Shown here: piece after piece, positions 50,699 to 59,417 of the stretch
Layout of the letters: each line of letters starts with the position of its first letter
Position numbering within the stretch: the first letter of the stretch is position 1
NCBI GenBank assembly: GCA_963771465.1
Contig: CAVYTU010000017.1
Span: 896,001 to 960,000 of the forward strand
DNA from: an uncultured delta proteobacterium
Lineage (GTDB): Bacteria > Desulfobacterota > Binatia > UBA9968
Length of the DNA stretch: 64,000 nt
Direction of reading: 5' to 3'
Notes under the pieces: model-generated
The model's input: the letters and a program-made list of their open reading frames with translations, nothing else
Databases searched by the model: none
Told to the model about the DNA's origin: nothing
Position numbers and translations under genes: made by a program

Positions 50699-51019
50699 TT
50701 AGAAAATTCCCAAAAGTCTTCGGACTTCTACCGCGCTGTTATCCAACAAGTAGTATCCGATTTGCCATCCGCGTTGATCGTATGCGAGATCGTCCTTGGT
50801 GACTTCGATCACGGTGACTACGACAAACCAAAACGCAAGCGAAAGGACGGCGCGGTCTGCGGGGTGTGGGAACTCTGGTGCGCTTACCAGAGATTGGTTT
50901 TCAAGTCGGTGTCTCAATCGGAGACCTAAAGTCGCGTAACAAAATTTTAGCGATTTCTCGGCAGCGAGCTTTCCATCACCGTCAGCAGATTTGAGCAACC
51001 AGATTCTCGCCATTGGCAC
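50699..51019 (-). CDS. Small hypothetical protein
   Basis: 106-aa ORF co-oriented with its neighbours. Confidence 0.45.
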   Translation of the reverse strand: MPMARIWLLKSADGDGKLAAEKSLKFCYATLGLRLRHRLENQSLVSAPEFPHPADRAVLSLAFWFVVVTVIEVTKDDLAYDQRGWQIGYYLLDNSAVEVRRLLGIF

Positions 51020-51147
51020 CGTTATGCAGCTTTCAGGACTTTCATTGGAGAGGCCCAGATATCAGTCGGTGCAGGAAAGCGCAAACGCTAGACGTCGCGG
51101 TTCTGCTCATGCAGCGGGCGGCATGGTAGCGATGTATCAGTGTGTTG

Positions 51148-51435
51148 CTAATCTGACTTACGAGCAGCCGTGATCGCCTTTGCGATTTCTTCAACGGCTT
51201 CAGGATAGACTGTGGCGGCTATGAACAGAAGTCTCTCCGCGTCTTCTATATCGCAGCGAATTTCTAATACACGTTCGAAATGATCTTCTTTGTATCTGCG
51301 AACAATGACGCCGTTATTGAGGATCGCAAATTCGCGTGAGGCCGGGTCGCACTTATCGACAAAGCCCTCATAAACGAGCAGTGTCATCAGAATGGTGGCT
51401 TGCACGGCGCAGACTTGTATAGAAATCGCCCACAC
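51148..51435 (-). CDS. Small hypothetical protein
   Basis: 95-aa ORF with natural composition; start uncertain. Confidence 0.5.
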   Translation of the reverse strand: MWAISIQVCAVQATILMTLLVYEGFVDKCDPASREFAILNNGVIVRRYKEDHFERVLEIRCDIEDAERLLFIAATVYPEAVEEIAKAITAARKSD

Positions 51436-51645
51436 CTGTCAACGAGCCAAAGTAAGAACAGCGACAATTTGAGACAGCGTTACACAAGTACCCCGACAAA
51501 TAACGCTTCGCGCGGAAGGCAGCACCAACGAACTAATCGGTGGACGTGAACCGTCTTGTAAACTTTGCTCGTGGTGCGAGATTGTGAACACTACAAGTCA
51601 GCGACGGCTGGTGAAATTGTGCCGTAAGCGGCTGAATGCTAGATT

Positions 51646-52284
51646 ATGGCTATGGACGATTGCTGTCAGTTAAAAGCGGGCGAACTCACGTCATTACGCA
51701 ACCAGCACCGGAACGTTCTCGTTTTCGTGTTGGTCATCAACGCCGTCTTATTCCTTGTAGAGGTTGCAGCCGGTTTGTTGGCGAACTCGACCGCATTGCT
51801 GGCTGATAGTCTCGACATGCTTGGCGATTCGCTCGTATACGGATTTAGCATGTACGTGCTTGGGCGTAGCGCGAAATGGAAGGCCAAGGTGGCGCTGCTG
51901 AAAGGCGCGATAATGGCCATGTTCGGCGCAGTCGTTCTCTTGGAAGCGGCTCACAAGACAATCGCTGGTACGGTGCCGACTGCTGAGACTATGGGAGTTA
52001 TCGGGACACTGGTGTTGCTCGGTAACGGTATTTGCTTCTTTTTGCTTTTTCGCCACCGGTCCGATGACATAAACATGCGCTCAACGTGGCTGTGTTCGCG
52101 CAACGACATCATCGCGAATGTGTCGGTGATTGTGGCCGCGATTTGGGTAAAACTCCTTGACGCGAGTTGGCCGGATATTCTCGTCGGAGTCGCCATCTCT
52201 GCTTTGTTCATGCGAAGCGCTATCACAGTGCTTCGCGACTCGCTATCGGAACTGCAAATGCGAAGGACCGCAGTCTCCGACTAG
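51646..52284 (+). CDS. Cation diffusion facilitator (CzcD-like) lacking the C-terminal domain
   Basis: N-terminal DDCC, STALLADSLDMLGD, NMRSTWLCSRND, WPD; 6 TM. Confidence 0.88.
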   Translation: MAMDDCCQLKAGELTSLRNQHRNVLVFVLVINAVLFLVEVAAGLLANSTALLADSLDMLGDSLVYGFSMYVLGRSAKWKAKVALLKGAIMAMFGAVVLLEAAHKTIAGTVPTAETMGVIGTLVLLGNGICFFLLFRHRSDDINMRSTWLCSRNDIIANVSVIVAAIWVKLLDASWPDILVGVAISALFMRSAITVLRDSLSELQMRRTAVSD

Positions 52285-52341
52285 GCCGTTTGAGACTCCG
52301 CTTCGACTTGACGGACTTTGGGCACCTGTTAGATTACCATC

Positions 52342-52830
52342 ATGAACAGGCGAGATTTTCTTATTCAGGGTTTTGTTTTGGCTGCTGCTGTCTCGCTGCC
52401 GGAGTTAGTCTTTGGGGCGACGCAACACGCCTACAAACTAGCGCCAACCTCAATCCTGCCGGAACAGATTAGGAAAGGCCCGGTCGAAACAAGAGATGCC
52501 TATCGCTTCGCCGTCCTAAACCGAGACGTTCTCCGCTATATTCCCTGTTACTGTGGCTGTTGGGACTCGGTTGGGCATACGAGCAACGCTTCGTGCTACG
52601 TCAAGGACAAATCTCCTATAGACAAACCGGAGTTTGATCCTATGAGCGTTGGCTGACAAATTTGCATAGACATCACGCGTGACGTGATGAAGCTGATGGA
52701 CGAAGGCAGGAGATTGAAAGACATCAGACTGCATATCGAGAAAACGCACAGTCAGAAAGGACCAGGCACCCCGACGCCAGCGGTGCCGGAGAGTTACAAA
52801 GAATTTTGGCCGGTAAGAAAGCGAGGTTAG
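52342..52830 (+). CDS. Tat-exported PCYCGC-motif protein with in-frame TGA (candidate selenoprotein, UxxC)
   Basis: MNRRDFL Tat motif; IPCYCGC, H.SNASC; TGA 52654-52656 followed in frame by QICIDITRD...GPGTPTP up to TAG 52830. Confidence 0.8.
52671..52689 (+). promoter_or_regulatory. Candidate bacterial SECIS hairpin
   Basis: CATCACG-CGTGA-CGTGATG, a perfect 7-bp stem starting after a 14-nt spacer downstream of the TGA. Confidence 0.55.
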
Positions 52831-52832
52831 CT

Positions 52833-53084
52833 ATGAAGAAAATGCTATTCGGAATTCTTGGAGGCTTGCTAATTGCCACAGCAGTCGGCGCATATCAGGC
52901 CGAAGATAAGAAAAGTGAGTCGCCGATGGGCGGAATGATGCAGGGCATGAAGATGATGGGTGAACAGTCGCCTGAGATGACGCAACAGATGAAAGAAATG
53001 ATGGCTCGGATGTCCAAAATGATGGATATGTGCAGCCAGATGATGAGTAATAATCGGTCAAATCAGCAGCCAGAAAATAAGTAA
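52833..53084 (+). CDS. Small exported Met-rich protein (putative Cu/Ag binder)
   Basis: GAGGT RBS; Sec-pathway signal peptide; MGGMMQGMKMM...MKEMMARMSKMMDMCSQMM. Confidence 0.75.
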   Translation: MKKMLFGILGGLLIATAVGAYQAEDKKSESPMGGMMQGMKMMGEQSPEMTQQMKEMMARMSKMMDMCSQMMSNNRSNQQPENK

Positions 53085-53284
53085 GTTCTTCCTGGCAAGT
53101 TCCGTTGTTGAAAACGTGCGGTTATGAAAGATCGCGCGATAAATTGCGTGCGCGGCTGATGGCTTCAAGACCATCCGCCTGCACCACCGGAAGCGCTGGC
53201 CAACGTCGTATCGCGCTACCTCGTCGATAGCGCCGATCCATCGGTAGGTAGGTCGCAACACCGGATAACGCGCTTTTCTGGAAC

Positions 53285-54298
53285 ATGAACAAGTTCGTAC
53301 TTAAATTTTTCGGCGAGACGACTCTAGTCGGCAACATCAAGGATGAGCAGATCAACGAGTTCATCAAGAAATATCGGCAAGGTCGAAAGCCAAAGACCAT
53401 GAAAAATATTTTCACAGACCTGAATGCGTTGCTTAACTACGCGGTGCAAAAAAAACTCTTAAAAGTGAATCCGGCAAACTTCGCCAACCGCGAACTTATC
53501 GGCAACACCAAGAGCAAAAAGCCTCAGCTTAACTTGGACGAAGTCCGAATGGCGTTGTCGGTGCTCAATGACAAGAGAGTGCTCAAGCGAGAGCGGGTAT
53601 GGTTTCTGGTCGGGATCATGACCGGTGGTCGGATGGACGAAGTAAATCGTGCGCAGTGGCCGGATGTTGATTGGACTGCGCGCGAAATCCATATACGCGG
53701 CACCAAAACCGATTCTGCCGACGCCAAGCTGCCGATTCCGCCGCCGCTGTTCGCCGAGTTGGTCGATCTCTACCGGCATAGAGAAACCTCAGACTATATT
53801 TTTCCTGGCGCGTCTTCGCAGACGAAAAATAAGAAAATCTACTCGCGCCGTCGTCTGTTCGAAAAGATACGCAAACTAGTCTTCGAACGGTACGACCGGC
53901 ATATCAAGCTTACGCCGAAAGATTTGCGCGATATCTACGCAACCGACGTGTCGGCGCTAGTTCGCGATCCGGAAACGCTCATGCACTTAATGCGGCACAG
54001 CAGCTTGACCACGACCACGAAGTATCTGCGCGGGGTAAAAGACCGCATGGTGGAAGCGGCGAAGGGCGTTGGTCAACAGTGGGTTCCGGCGCTTACTGAC
54101 GACGAAAAAAGCCTGGGGGCCACCTCTGGGGGCCATCTTGGGGTCGAAATAGTGCCTAAAAGGCCGCAAAACGCACAAAGCGACACGGCCAGATTGTCGC
54201 CGGAAAATCCGCTAACTACTCGGAATACATGGGGAAAAATTGGTGGCGGTGGACAGAGTCGAACTGTCGACGCCGCGGATATGAGCCGCGTGCTCTGA
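53285..54298 (+). CDS. Tyrosine recombinase/integrase overlapping tRNA-Met antisense
   Basis: TGGRMDE (R), RGTK (K), KDLR, MRH, TKY catalytic set; last about 19 codons lie on the tRNA antisense strand. Confidence 0.92.
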   Translation: MNKFVLKFFGETTLVGNIKDEQINEFIKKYRQGRKPKTMKNIFTDLNALLNYAVQKKLLKVNPANFANRELIGNTKSKKPQLNLDEVRMALSVLNDKRVLKRERVWFLVGIMTGGRMDEVNRAQWPDVDWTAREIHIRGTKTDSADAKLPIPPPLFAELVDLYRHRETSDYIFPGASSQTKNKKIYSRRRLFEKIRKLVFERYDRHIKLTPKDLRDIYATDVSALVRDPETLMHLMRHSSLTTTTKYLRGVKDRMVEAAKGVGQQWVPALTDDEKSLGATSGGHLGVEIVPKRPQNAQSDTARLSPENPLTTRNTWGKIGGGGQSRTVDAADMSRVL

Positions 54299-54317
54299 CC
54301 AACTGAGCTACACCGCC
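54241..54317 (-). tRNA. tRNA-Met (CAT), probably elongator
   Basis: GGCGGTGTAGCTCAGTTGGTCAGAGCACGCGGCTCATATCCGCGGCGTCGACAGTTCGACTCTGTCCACCGCCACCA; paired G1-C72; Ile2 identity not fully excluded. Confidence 0.93.
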
Positions 54318-54361
54318 ACAAGGTGGCTAAAGGAAGATGGGAGTTTGAAAAGATCACGCCG

Positions 54362-55087
54362 TTAGGAAAGCGCGCGAACGGCATCCCACTTTCGTTGCAT
54401 CAAGGTTCGATTGACGCGCTTTTTTCCTCGACCGATCTGATACAGAACTTTCTCATCAACGTCCAAGCAAGTCAACATGTTGCCGTACACCAGACCGGTA
54501 TCGAGACCAACCTTATACGGTAGATCGAAGTAGACCGTGTGCTGTGGCGTGTGCCCGAACAGCACCGTGTAGGGCAGCTTGTGCGATGCGAAGATAAATT
54601 TATTGCGAATCCAAAATAACTCCTCTTCGGTTTGTTCTGCGAACGTCTTCGCTGGATCTATGCCGGCATGCACGCATAAGAACGGTTCCATTAGAAAATA
54701 GTTTTGTAAATGGCGATAAAATTCCAAATGATCGCCAGGGATGACCCGATGGGCCTCGAGTGCAGACGGACTGTCGGGGTTCAGGCCATAGCTTGCCATC
54801 GTCGCCCTGCCGCCATTGATGAGAAACATATCGCCATGGGCGCCGCCGATTTCCAGGAAAGACAAGAGCATGTCCTCGTGGTTGCCTTTTAGGAAGATCA
54901 GCTCAACAGCACTCAATTGTTTCTTGAGATCGAGGAGAAACGAAACCACGCCGCGTGAATCAGGGCCGCGGTCGATATAGTCGCCGAGAAACACCAATCG
55001 GTCGCCGCGCGCCAGTGGTAAGCGGTCGATTAAATAACGGAGCTCATCGGCACAGCCGTGAATATCACCGATTACAAAACTCTTCAT
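54362..55087 (-). CDS. PPP-family metallophosphoesterase (Ser/Thr phosphatase)
   Basis: GDIHG, GDYIDRG, GNHE, HAG, FGHTP, LDTG. Confidence 0.92.
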   Translation of the reverse strand: MKSFVIGDIHGCADELRYLIDRLPLARGDRLVFLGDYIDRGPDSRGVVSFLLDLKKQLSAVELIFLKGNHEDMLLSFLEIGGAHGDMFLINGGRATMASYGLNPDSPSALEAHRVIPGDHLEFYRHLQNYFLMEPFLCVHAGIDPAKTFAEQTEEELFWIRNKFIFASHKLPYTVLFGHTPQHTVYFDLPYKVGLDTGLVYGNMLTCLDVDEKVLYQIGRGKKRVNRTLMQRKWDAVRALS

Positions 55088-55194
55088 GAGACGTGAATCC
55101 TAAGCTACTCTCTTGCGCTGTGCAAACATGTCGGGTTTGCACAGTGGTAAAATTTCTTGTGAGTGATAACCTAGTCGCAGTCGAGAACGATGTC

Positions 55195-55575
55195 ATGAAG
55201 CTGCGCGAAATGTATTCAAGCCACGCTGCCGTTGGTGGTCTGTTCTGTTTGGTTCTGGGAATCGGCAACTGGGTCGTCGGCGCGGTTGAATCGACAAAAT
55301 ACCAGGCCCTGCTACATAAGACTGCGCAAACTGGATTGGAGGAATCTTACCGTAACTTTCAGGAACTCGATCAACAGAAAAATGAAGAAGTGCTGCGACG
55401 CATTAACGACAATCGGGAGAAGTATAATGCCGCCCGGGTTAAACTCAATTTCTTTTACGTCGTATTAACCGGCGGGAGGTTACTTTGCGTTCTCGGACTC
55501 ATCGTTACCGTTTTCGCCGTCATTCGCATGATTCAGCGCGATACCCAGTTGAAAATCGGTAAGATTGAGGCTTAA
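55195..55575 (+). CDS. Hypothetical 2-TM membrane protein
   Basis: Two hydrophobic helices flanking a coiled region. Confidence 0.65.
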   Translation: MKLREMYSSHAAVGGLFCLVLGIGNWVVGAVESTKYQALLHKTAQTGLEESYRNFQELDQQKNEEVLRRINDNREKYNAARVKLNFFYVVLTGGRLLCVLGLIVTVFAVIRMIQRDTQLKIGKIEA

Positions 55576-55614
55576 CGAGTTAAGCGATGAGCGCGCGTCC
55601 GAGTGGCTAGAAGA

Positions 55615-56637
55615 CTATTTCGACGGTTTCGATTTTTGATATTTGCGATAATCGTACCCGGTTGCCATGGCCAGCAGGATGTCTTCCATTCCACCGTTCT
55701 TTTCCCGTCTCAAAATCAACAAGCGGTCGTAGAACTCTTTGAAATCTTTGTAGATCCGTTGACTATCATCGGTGCCGCGAAGGTAGAAATCCTTGATCCG
55801 GGTTACCGTAAAACGCAAAGCTGAGAAGCGTAATTCATTGGGAAATGAATCCCATTCCGGTAAGGAGAGCGGCCGGAGACTTTCATAGCCTGAGATCAAC
55901 GCTTCGAAACGATCTATTTGGTATCGGTCCCCAAGAAAGCACAGAGCATTTACTGCCGTTGCAAGGTCATAGATCAACTTGCCACGGCAGGCCGCCTCAA
56001 AATCCATCACCCCGGTCAATCGATTGCCTTTGAATTTGACGTTATCGGCAAACAGGTCGCCATGGATGATTCCTTTGGGCAAATTATTATCTAAGTAGTT
56101 TTCTAAATAGGTAAACTCGTCATCCAAGACCCGGACAATGTTCTTCAGATGGGTCGGCAGTTGCCGGCGCACGTCACGGTAAATTGAAACGATCCGATTA
56201 AATCCGAATCGGTTGTCGATACCTTTCTTATAGCTTCTTCCGATCAGGTGGAGGTTTGCCAAAGCATGTCCCAGCGCATTCAAATGCGTCAGGTTAATTG
56301 CTTCAACCGCCAGCTCGGTTCCCTCGATGAACTTGTTTACCGTGAGGCACTTGTTCTGTACTTCGAGATGAAATCGGCCGGTTTTGCTCTTGAGCGGTTG
56401 GAGACATGGGAAATTTTGCTTTCGGAGGTGAAATAAGAGTTCAAGTTCTTGTTTTACCTCAATTTCGCTTTTGACTTCGTCGATTTTTGCGAAATACCGG
56501 CCACGTTTAGTTTCAATGAGATAGTGCGTATTCACCGAGCCATTCTTGATGCCGGTAAAGGATACCAGATCGCCCAACGCAAATTCATCGGCGATTTTGG
56601 TAATGTCTTTCTTTGTGAGTGTAGTGTAGATGGCCAT
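55615..56637 (-). CDS. thrB: Homoserine kinase type II
   Basis: MAIYT, G..NT.Y, LPKGIIHGDLFADN, DF, ALRF. Confidence 0.85.
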   Translation of the reverse strand: MAIYTTLTKKDITKIADEFALGDLVSFTGIKNGSVNTHYLIETKRGRYFAKIDEVKSEIEVKQELELLFHLRKQNFPCLQPLKSKTGRFHLEVQNKCLTVNKFIEGTELAVEAINLTHLNALGHALANLHLIGRSYKKGIDNRFGFNRIVSIYRDVRRQLPTHLKNIVRVLDDEFTYLENYLDNNLPKGIIHGDLFADNVKFKGNRLTGVMDFEAACRGKLIYDLATAVNALCFLGDRYQIDRFEALISGYESLRPLSLPEWDSFPNELRFSALRFTVTRIKDFYLRGTDDSQRIYKDFKEFYDRLLILRREKNGGMEDILLAMATGYDYRKYQKSKPSK

Positions 56638-57085
56638 CGAGCAATCTCTTATCGGGGCCCAAACGATGATTTCCCGGTTTGCCAGCCCAACCTGCTAATG
56701 CGCTCATGCGCCTTAAGATCAGTAGATATAACGGAAAATACTGGCTAGGTCAATACGATTTAGCCAAAGCTTAGCAATATTAATAACTTATCTAGCGAAG
56801 GTGGTTTAAAAAGTAAGCTGGAGGCGAGCTCGTTTCCTGAACTTTTGGCAATTATTGAGCATGACCAAACTGATCCAAAAATTGACGATAGAATAGAAAT
56901 AGAAGGGGGCAGTTGCAGGGGTCCGGCCGGGGGCTCACTTTTTATAGATTGAGGTATTAGATCAACCCGATCGTCGGCGTTAAAGTCCAAGGTAGACGAT
57001 AGTGCCGGTGATGAAGGCTCGGGCGTTTATTTGAGCCCAGTTAGATCTAACGGGATGTAATTTCCTGCCAAATCTGATTTTTTTC

Positions 57086-57115
57086 TTGACAAGGATCGTC
57101 GGCTTTAACTAATCT
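57086..57115 (+). promoter_or_regulatory. Sigma70 promoter of the csp gene with long 5' UTR
   Basis: TTGACA-18 bp-TAATCT, about 140 nt upstream of the ATG. Confidence 0.55.
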
Positions 57116-57257
57116 CCCCCGACCTTCGCGATGAGCTTTATATTTCGCAGGTCTAAGCCGTGTTGTTGGGGAGAATGGTTCTCACAATTACTACTTGTCG
57201 GAGTAGCTGCCCAGTAAGTTCATTATTTTAATGTGTCAGTCGAAGGAGGTCGAGTCA

Positions 57258-57458
57258 ATGGCGACGGGTAAAGTTAAATGGTTCAATAACTCAAAAGGCT
57301 ATGGTTTTATCGAAAACGAAGGCGGTGGCGACGTCTTCGTCCATTACAGTGCGATTCAGGGTGATGGGTTTAAGACTCTGAACGAAGGGGAAAGTGTCGA
57401 ATTTGAAGTTTCGCAGGGCGACAAAGGTCCGCAGGCCGTCAACGTCGTAAAACGCTAA
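57258..57458 (+). CDS. cspA: Cold-shock protein
   Basis: AAGGAGG RBS; GKVKWFN, KGYGFI, DVFVHYS. Confidence 0.95.
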   Translation: MATGKVKWFNNSKGYGFIENEGGGDVFVHYSAIQGDGFKTLNEGESVEFEVSQGDKGPQAVNVVKR

Positions 57459-57682
57459 AGCGCTTCGATGTTGGTGGCAATGGCGGCGAAACACTTCCGC
57501 TTTAAGGAATTTCCCGCACTTGAATCCCTATCAAACGGCTCAGCTAATTCGCTGCTTGCGCCGCAAAGCCATTCATCTGCTGATAAAGCCTCTCTCCTGT
57601 AAGTCCGCAGGTTTGTTTAAAGGTAGAATAAATAGTAGCTTTATCAGTAAAGTTTCGGGCTAAATCACTGGGATTAATATTT

Positions 57683-58192
57683 ATGGAGCAAACCGGACAG
57701 ACTACGGACTCGCGCTTTGGACAAGACAAGTTGCTCGCCGAGACGGTGGTGCTAACTAAGCTGGACAAGGCGATCGGTTGGGCGCGCAAGTACTCGCTGT
57801 TCCCCTATCCTTTTGCCACCGCTTGTTGTGCAATGGAGTACATGGCGCTGTCAATGTCGCCCTACGACATCGATCGTTTCGGTGCGCTATTGCCTCGCTT
57901 TAGTCCGCGTCAGGCGGATTTGCTGATGGTGATTGGCACGGTGAACCATAAGCTGTCGCCGGTATTGAAGCGAGTTTACGAGCAGATGTCCGAACCCAAA
58001 TGGGTGATGGCGTTTGGCGCCTGTGCCGCCAGCGGCGGATTCTACGATAACTACGCAACCGTTCAAGGAATAGACCGAATCATTCCCGTGGATGTTTATG
58101 TCCCAGGCTGTCCGCCGCGGCCGGAGGCTGTGCTCGACGGTTTGATGGAGTTACAGCATCGCATCGCGCAACAGAAACATCCGGTCGCTTAA
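57683..58192 (+). CDS. nuoB: NADH-quinone oxidoreductase subunit B (orphan)
   Basis: TACCAME, SPRQADL, GACA.SGG, VPGCPPRPE. Confidence 0.92.
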   Translation: MEQTGQTTDSRFGQDKLLAETVVLTKLDKAIGWARKYSLFPYPFATACCAMEYMALSMSPYDIDRFGALLPRFSPRQADLLMVIGTVNHKLSPVLKRVYEQMSEPKWVMAFGACAASGGFYDNYATVQGIDRIIPVDVYVPGCPPRPEAVLDGLMELQHRIAQQKHPVA

Positions 58193-58272
58193 GTGGTGGC
58201 CTGAATTCACGGCAATCTAGTCCACGGTCAGCGATCGACCCGTATCTGATTCTGACGAAATCTATTAATTCC

Positions 58273-58548
58273 ATGGCTGAAGGACAGAAAGATCCGTTGA
58301 CCTCGCCGCGCGGCGATTTTTACCACCAAGGCGTGATCACCAAATTATTTCCGTCAAATAATACCGGGGTCGTGCGCACCGAAAGCGGCCGGGAGCTGAC
58401 GTTTTCTTATGAGTTGGTGATTCTCTTCGGCGAAGCCCAGTCGCCCCTTGAGCTTAAGGTCGGCGATGAGGTTGGCTATGATCTGGGCTGGACGTCAGGC
58501 GGTTTAAGGGTTACGAAGATCAAAACTTATCCAAAATTCGTCAACTAG
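58273..58548 (+). CDS. Divergent cold-shock/OB-fold domain protein
   Basis: GVITKLF...GVVRTESGRELTF...LKVGDEV. Confidence 0.6.
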   Translation: MAEGQKDPLTSPRGDFYHQGVITKLFPSNNTGVVRTESGRELTFSYELVILFGEAQSPLELKVGDEVGYDLGWTSGGLRVTKIKTYPKFVN

Positions 58549-58563
58549 AATTTTTCCGCGTCG

Positions 58564-59394
58564 TCAAAATGGCAGTGCCGTCAATGCGAGAATCTGGCGC
58601 CCAAGTATCTCTCCGACAAATACTCCCAGCAGAGCGATGTAAAACAGCCCCGTGGCGGCCATCGTGTGCGGAATTTGCAAGGTACGCCAAATCATCCACG
58701 ACAAAATCAGCGGTGCAACTTGGCCAACCGTCATGCGGGTAACCAAAAGTGTCGAATGGCGCTGCCACAGACGTTCCATGCCGGCGAGGCTTTGGGGATT
58801 GCCAAGGAGATAGAGTGCCAGGGGCGCGAGGGCGAAGAACGCACACTGTAAGATCAGCGTGGTCACAAAAAATTTGTAGATGCGAATAAACGGCTCTAAA
58901 CTCTGTCCGGTATCGATTAAATACCAGTGGCCGATGAGCATGCCGACCGTGACGCTGCCGAGCAGTAAAGCCGATACAAGAAATGTCGCTGGATATACCA
59001 CGTTCTCGATTGAAATGATCGCGCTGCTATGAAAACTGAGCGTGGTCAACGCCAGGCCGGCAACCCCAGTTAAGATAGAAGTTGCGAAACTACGCGCGCG
59101 AAAGGCTTGCCGTTCACCCCACAATGAAACCATGTAGCAAGTAAACGAGAGGATGAATGCGCAATGAAAAAAAACTTCCAAGCCGACCGTCCATGAGAAG
59201 TGTTGCTCCAAACTTTGTAAATAGTAAACACTTTTGCCCCATAAGCCGATCAGAGCGATGCTGAAGAGAACGCCGGCCGTGGACTTGTAGAACGCGCGCT
59301 CAATTTCGTGAAAGGGAGTGCCGGCTAGGGCGAAGAGCCCGCCCAAGGCGATTTGATAGAAGAATATTAAAAAGCTGCTGGAAAATCCTTGCAT
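58564..59394 (-). CDS. Multi-TM membrane protein (MLIGHWYL, AATGLFY) downstream of menG
   Basis: About 8 TM segments; co-oriented with quinone genes. Confidence 0.65.
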   Translation of the reverse strand: MQGFSSSFLIFFYQIALGGLFALAGTPFHEIERAFYKSTAGVLFSIALIGLWGKSVYYLQSLEQHFSWTVGLEVFFHCAFILSFTCYMVSLWGERQAFRARSFATSILTGVAGLALTTLSFHSSAIISIENVVYPATFLVSALLLGSVTVGMLIGHWYLIDTGQSLEPFIRIYKFFVTTLILQCAFFALAPLALYLLGNPQSLAGMERLWQRHSTLLVTRMTVGQVAPLILSWMIWRTLQIPHTMAATGLFYIALLGVFVGEILGRQILALTALPF

Positions 59395-59417
59395 GGGATT
59401 GTGTTCGTCCCGTCGAC

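Larger units (their letters stand above)
48237..54288. mobile_element. Integrative element (6031-bp unit, possibly phage-satellite-like) in tRNA-Met
   Basis: Direct core repeat at both ends; integrase at the tRNA end; matching GGGGGCCA arm repeats; small lower-GC ORFs. Confidence 0.9.
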
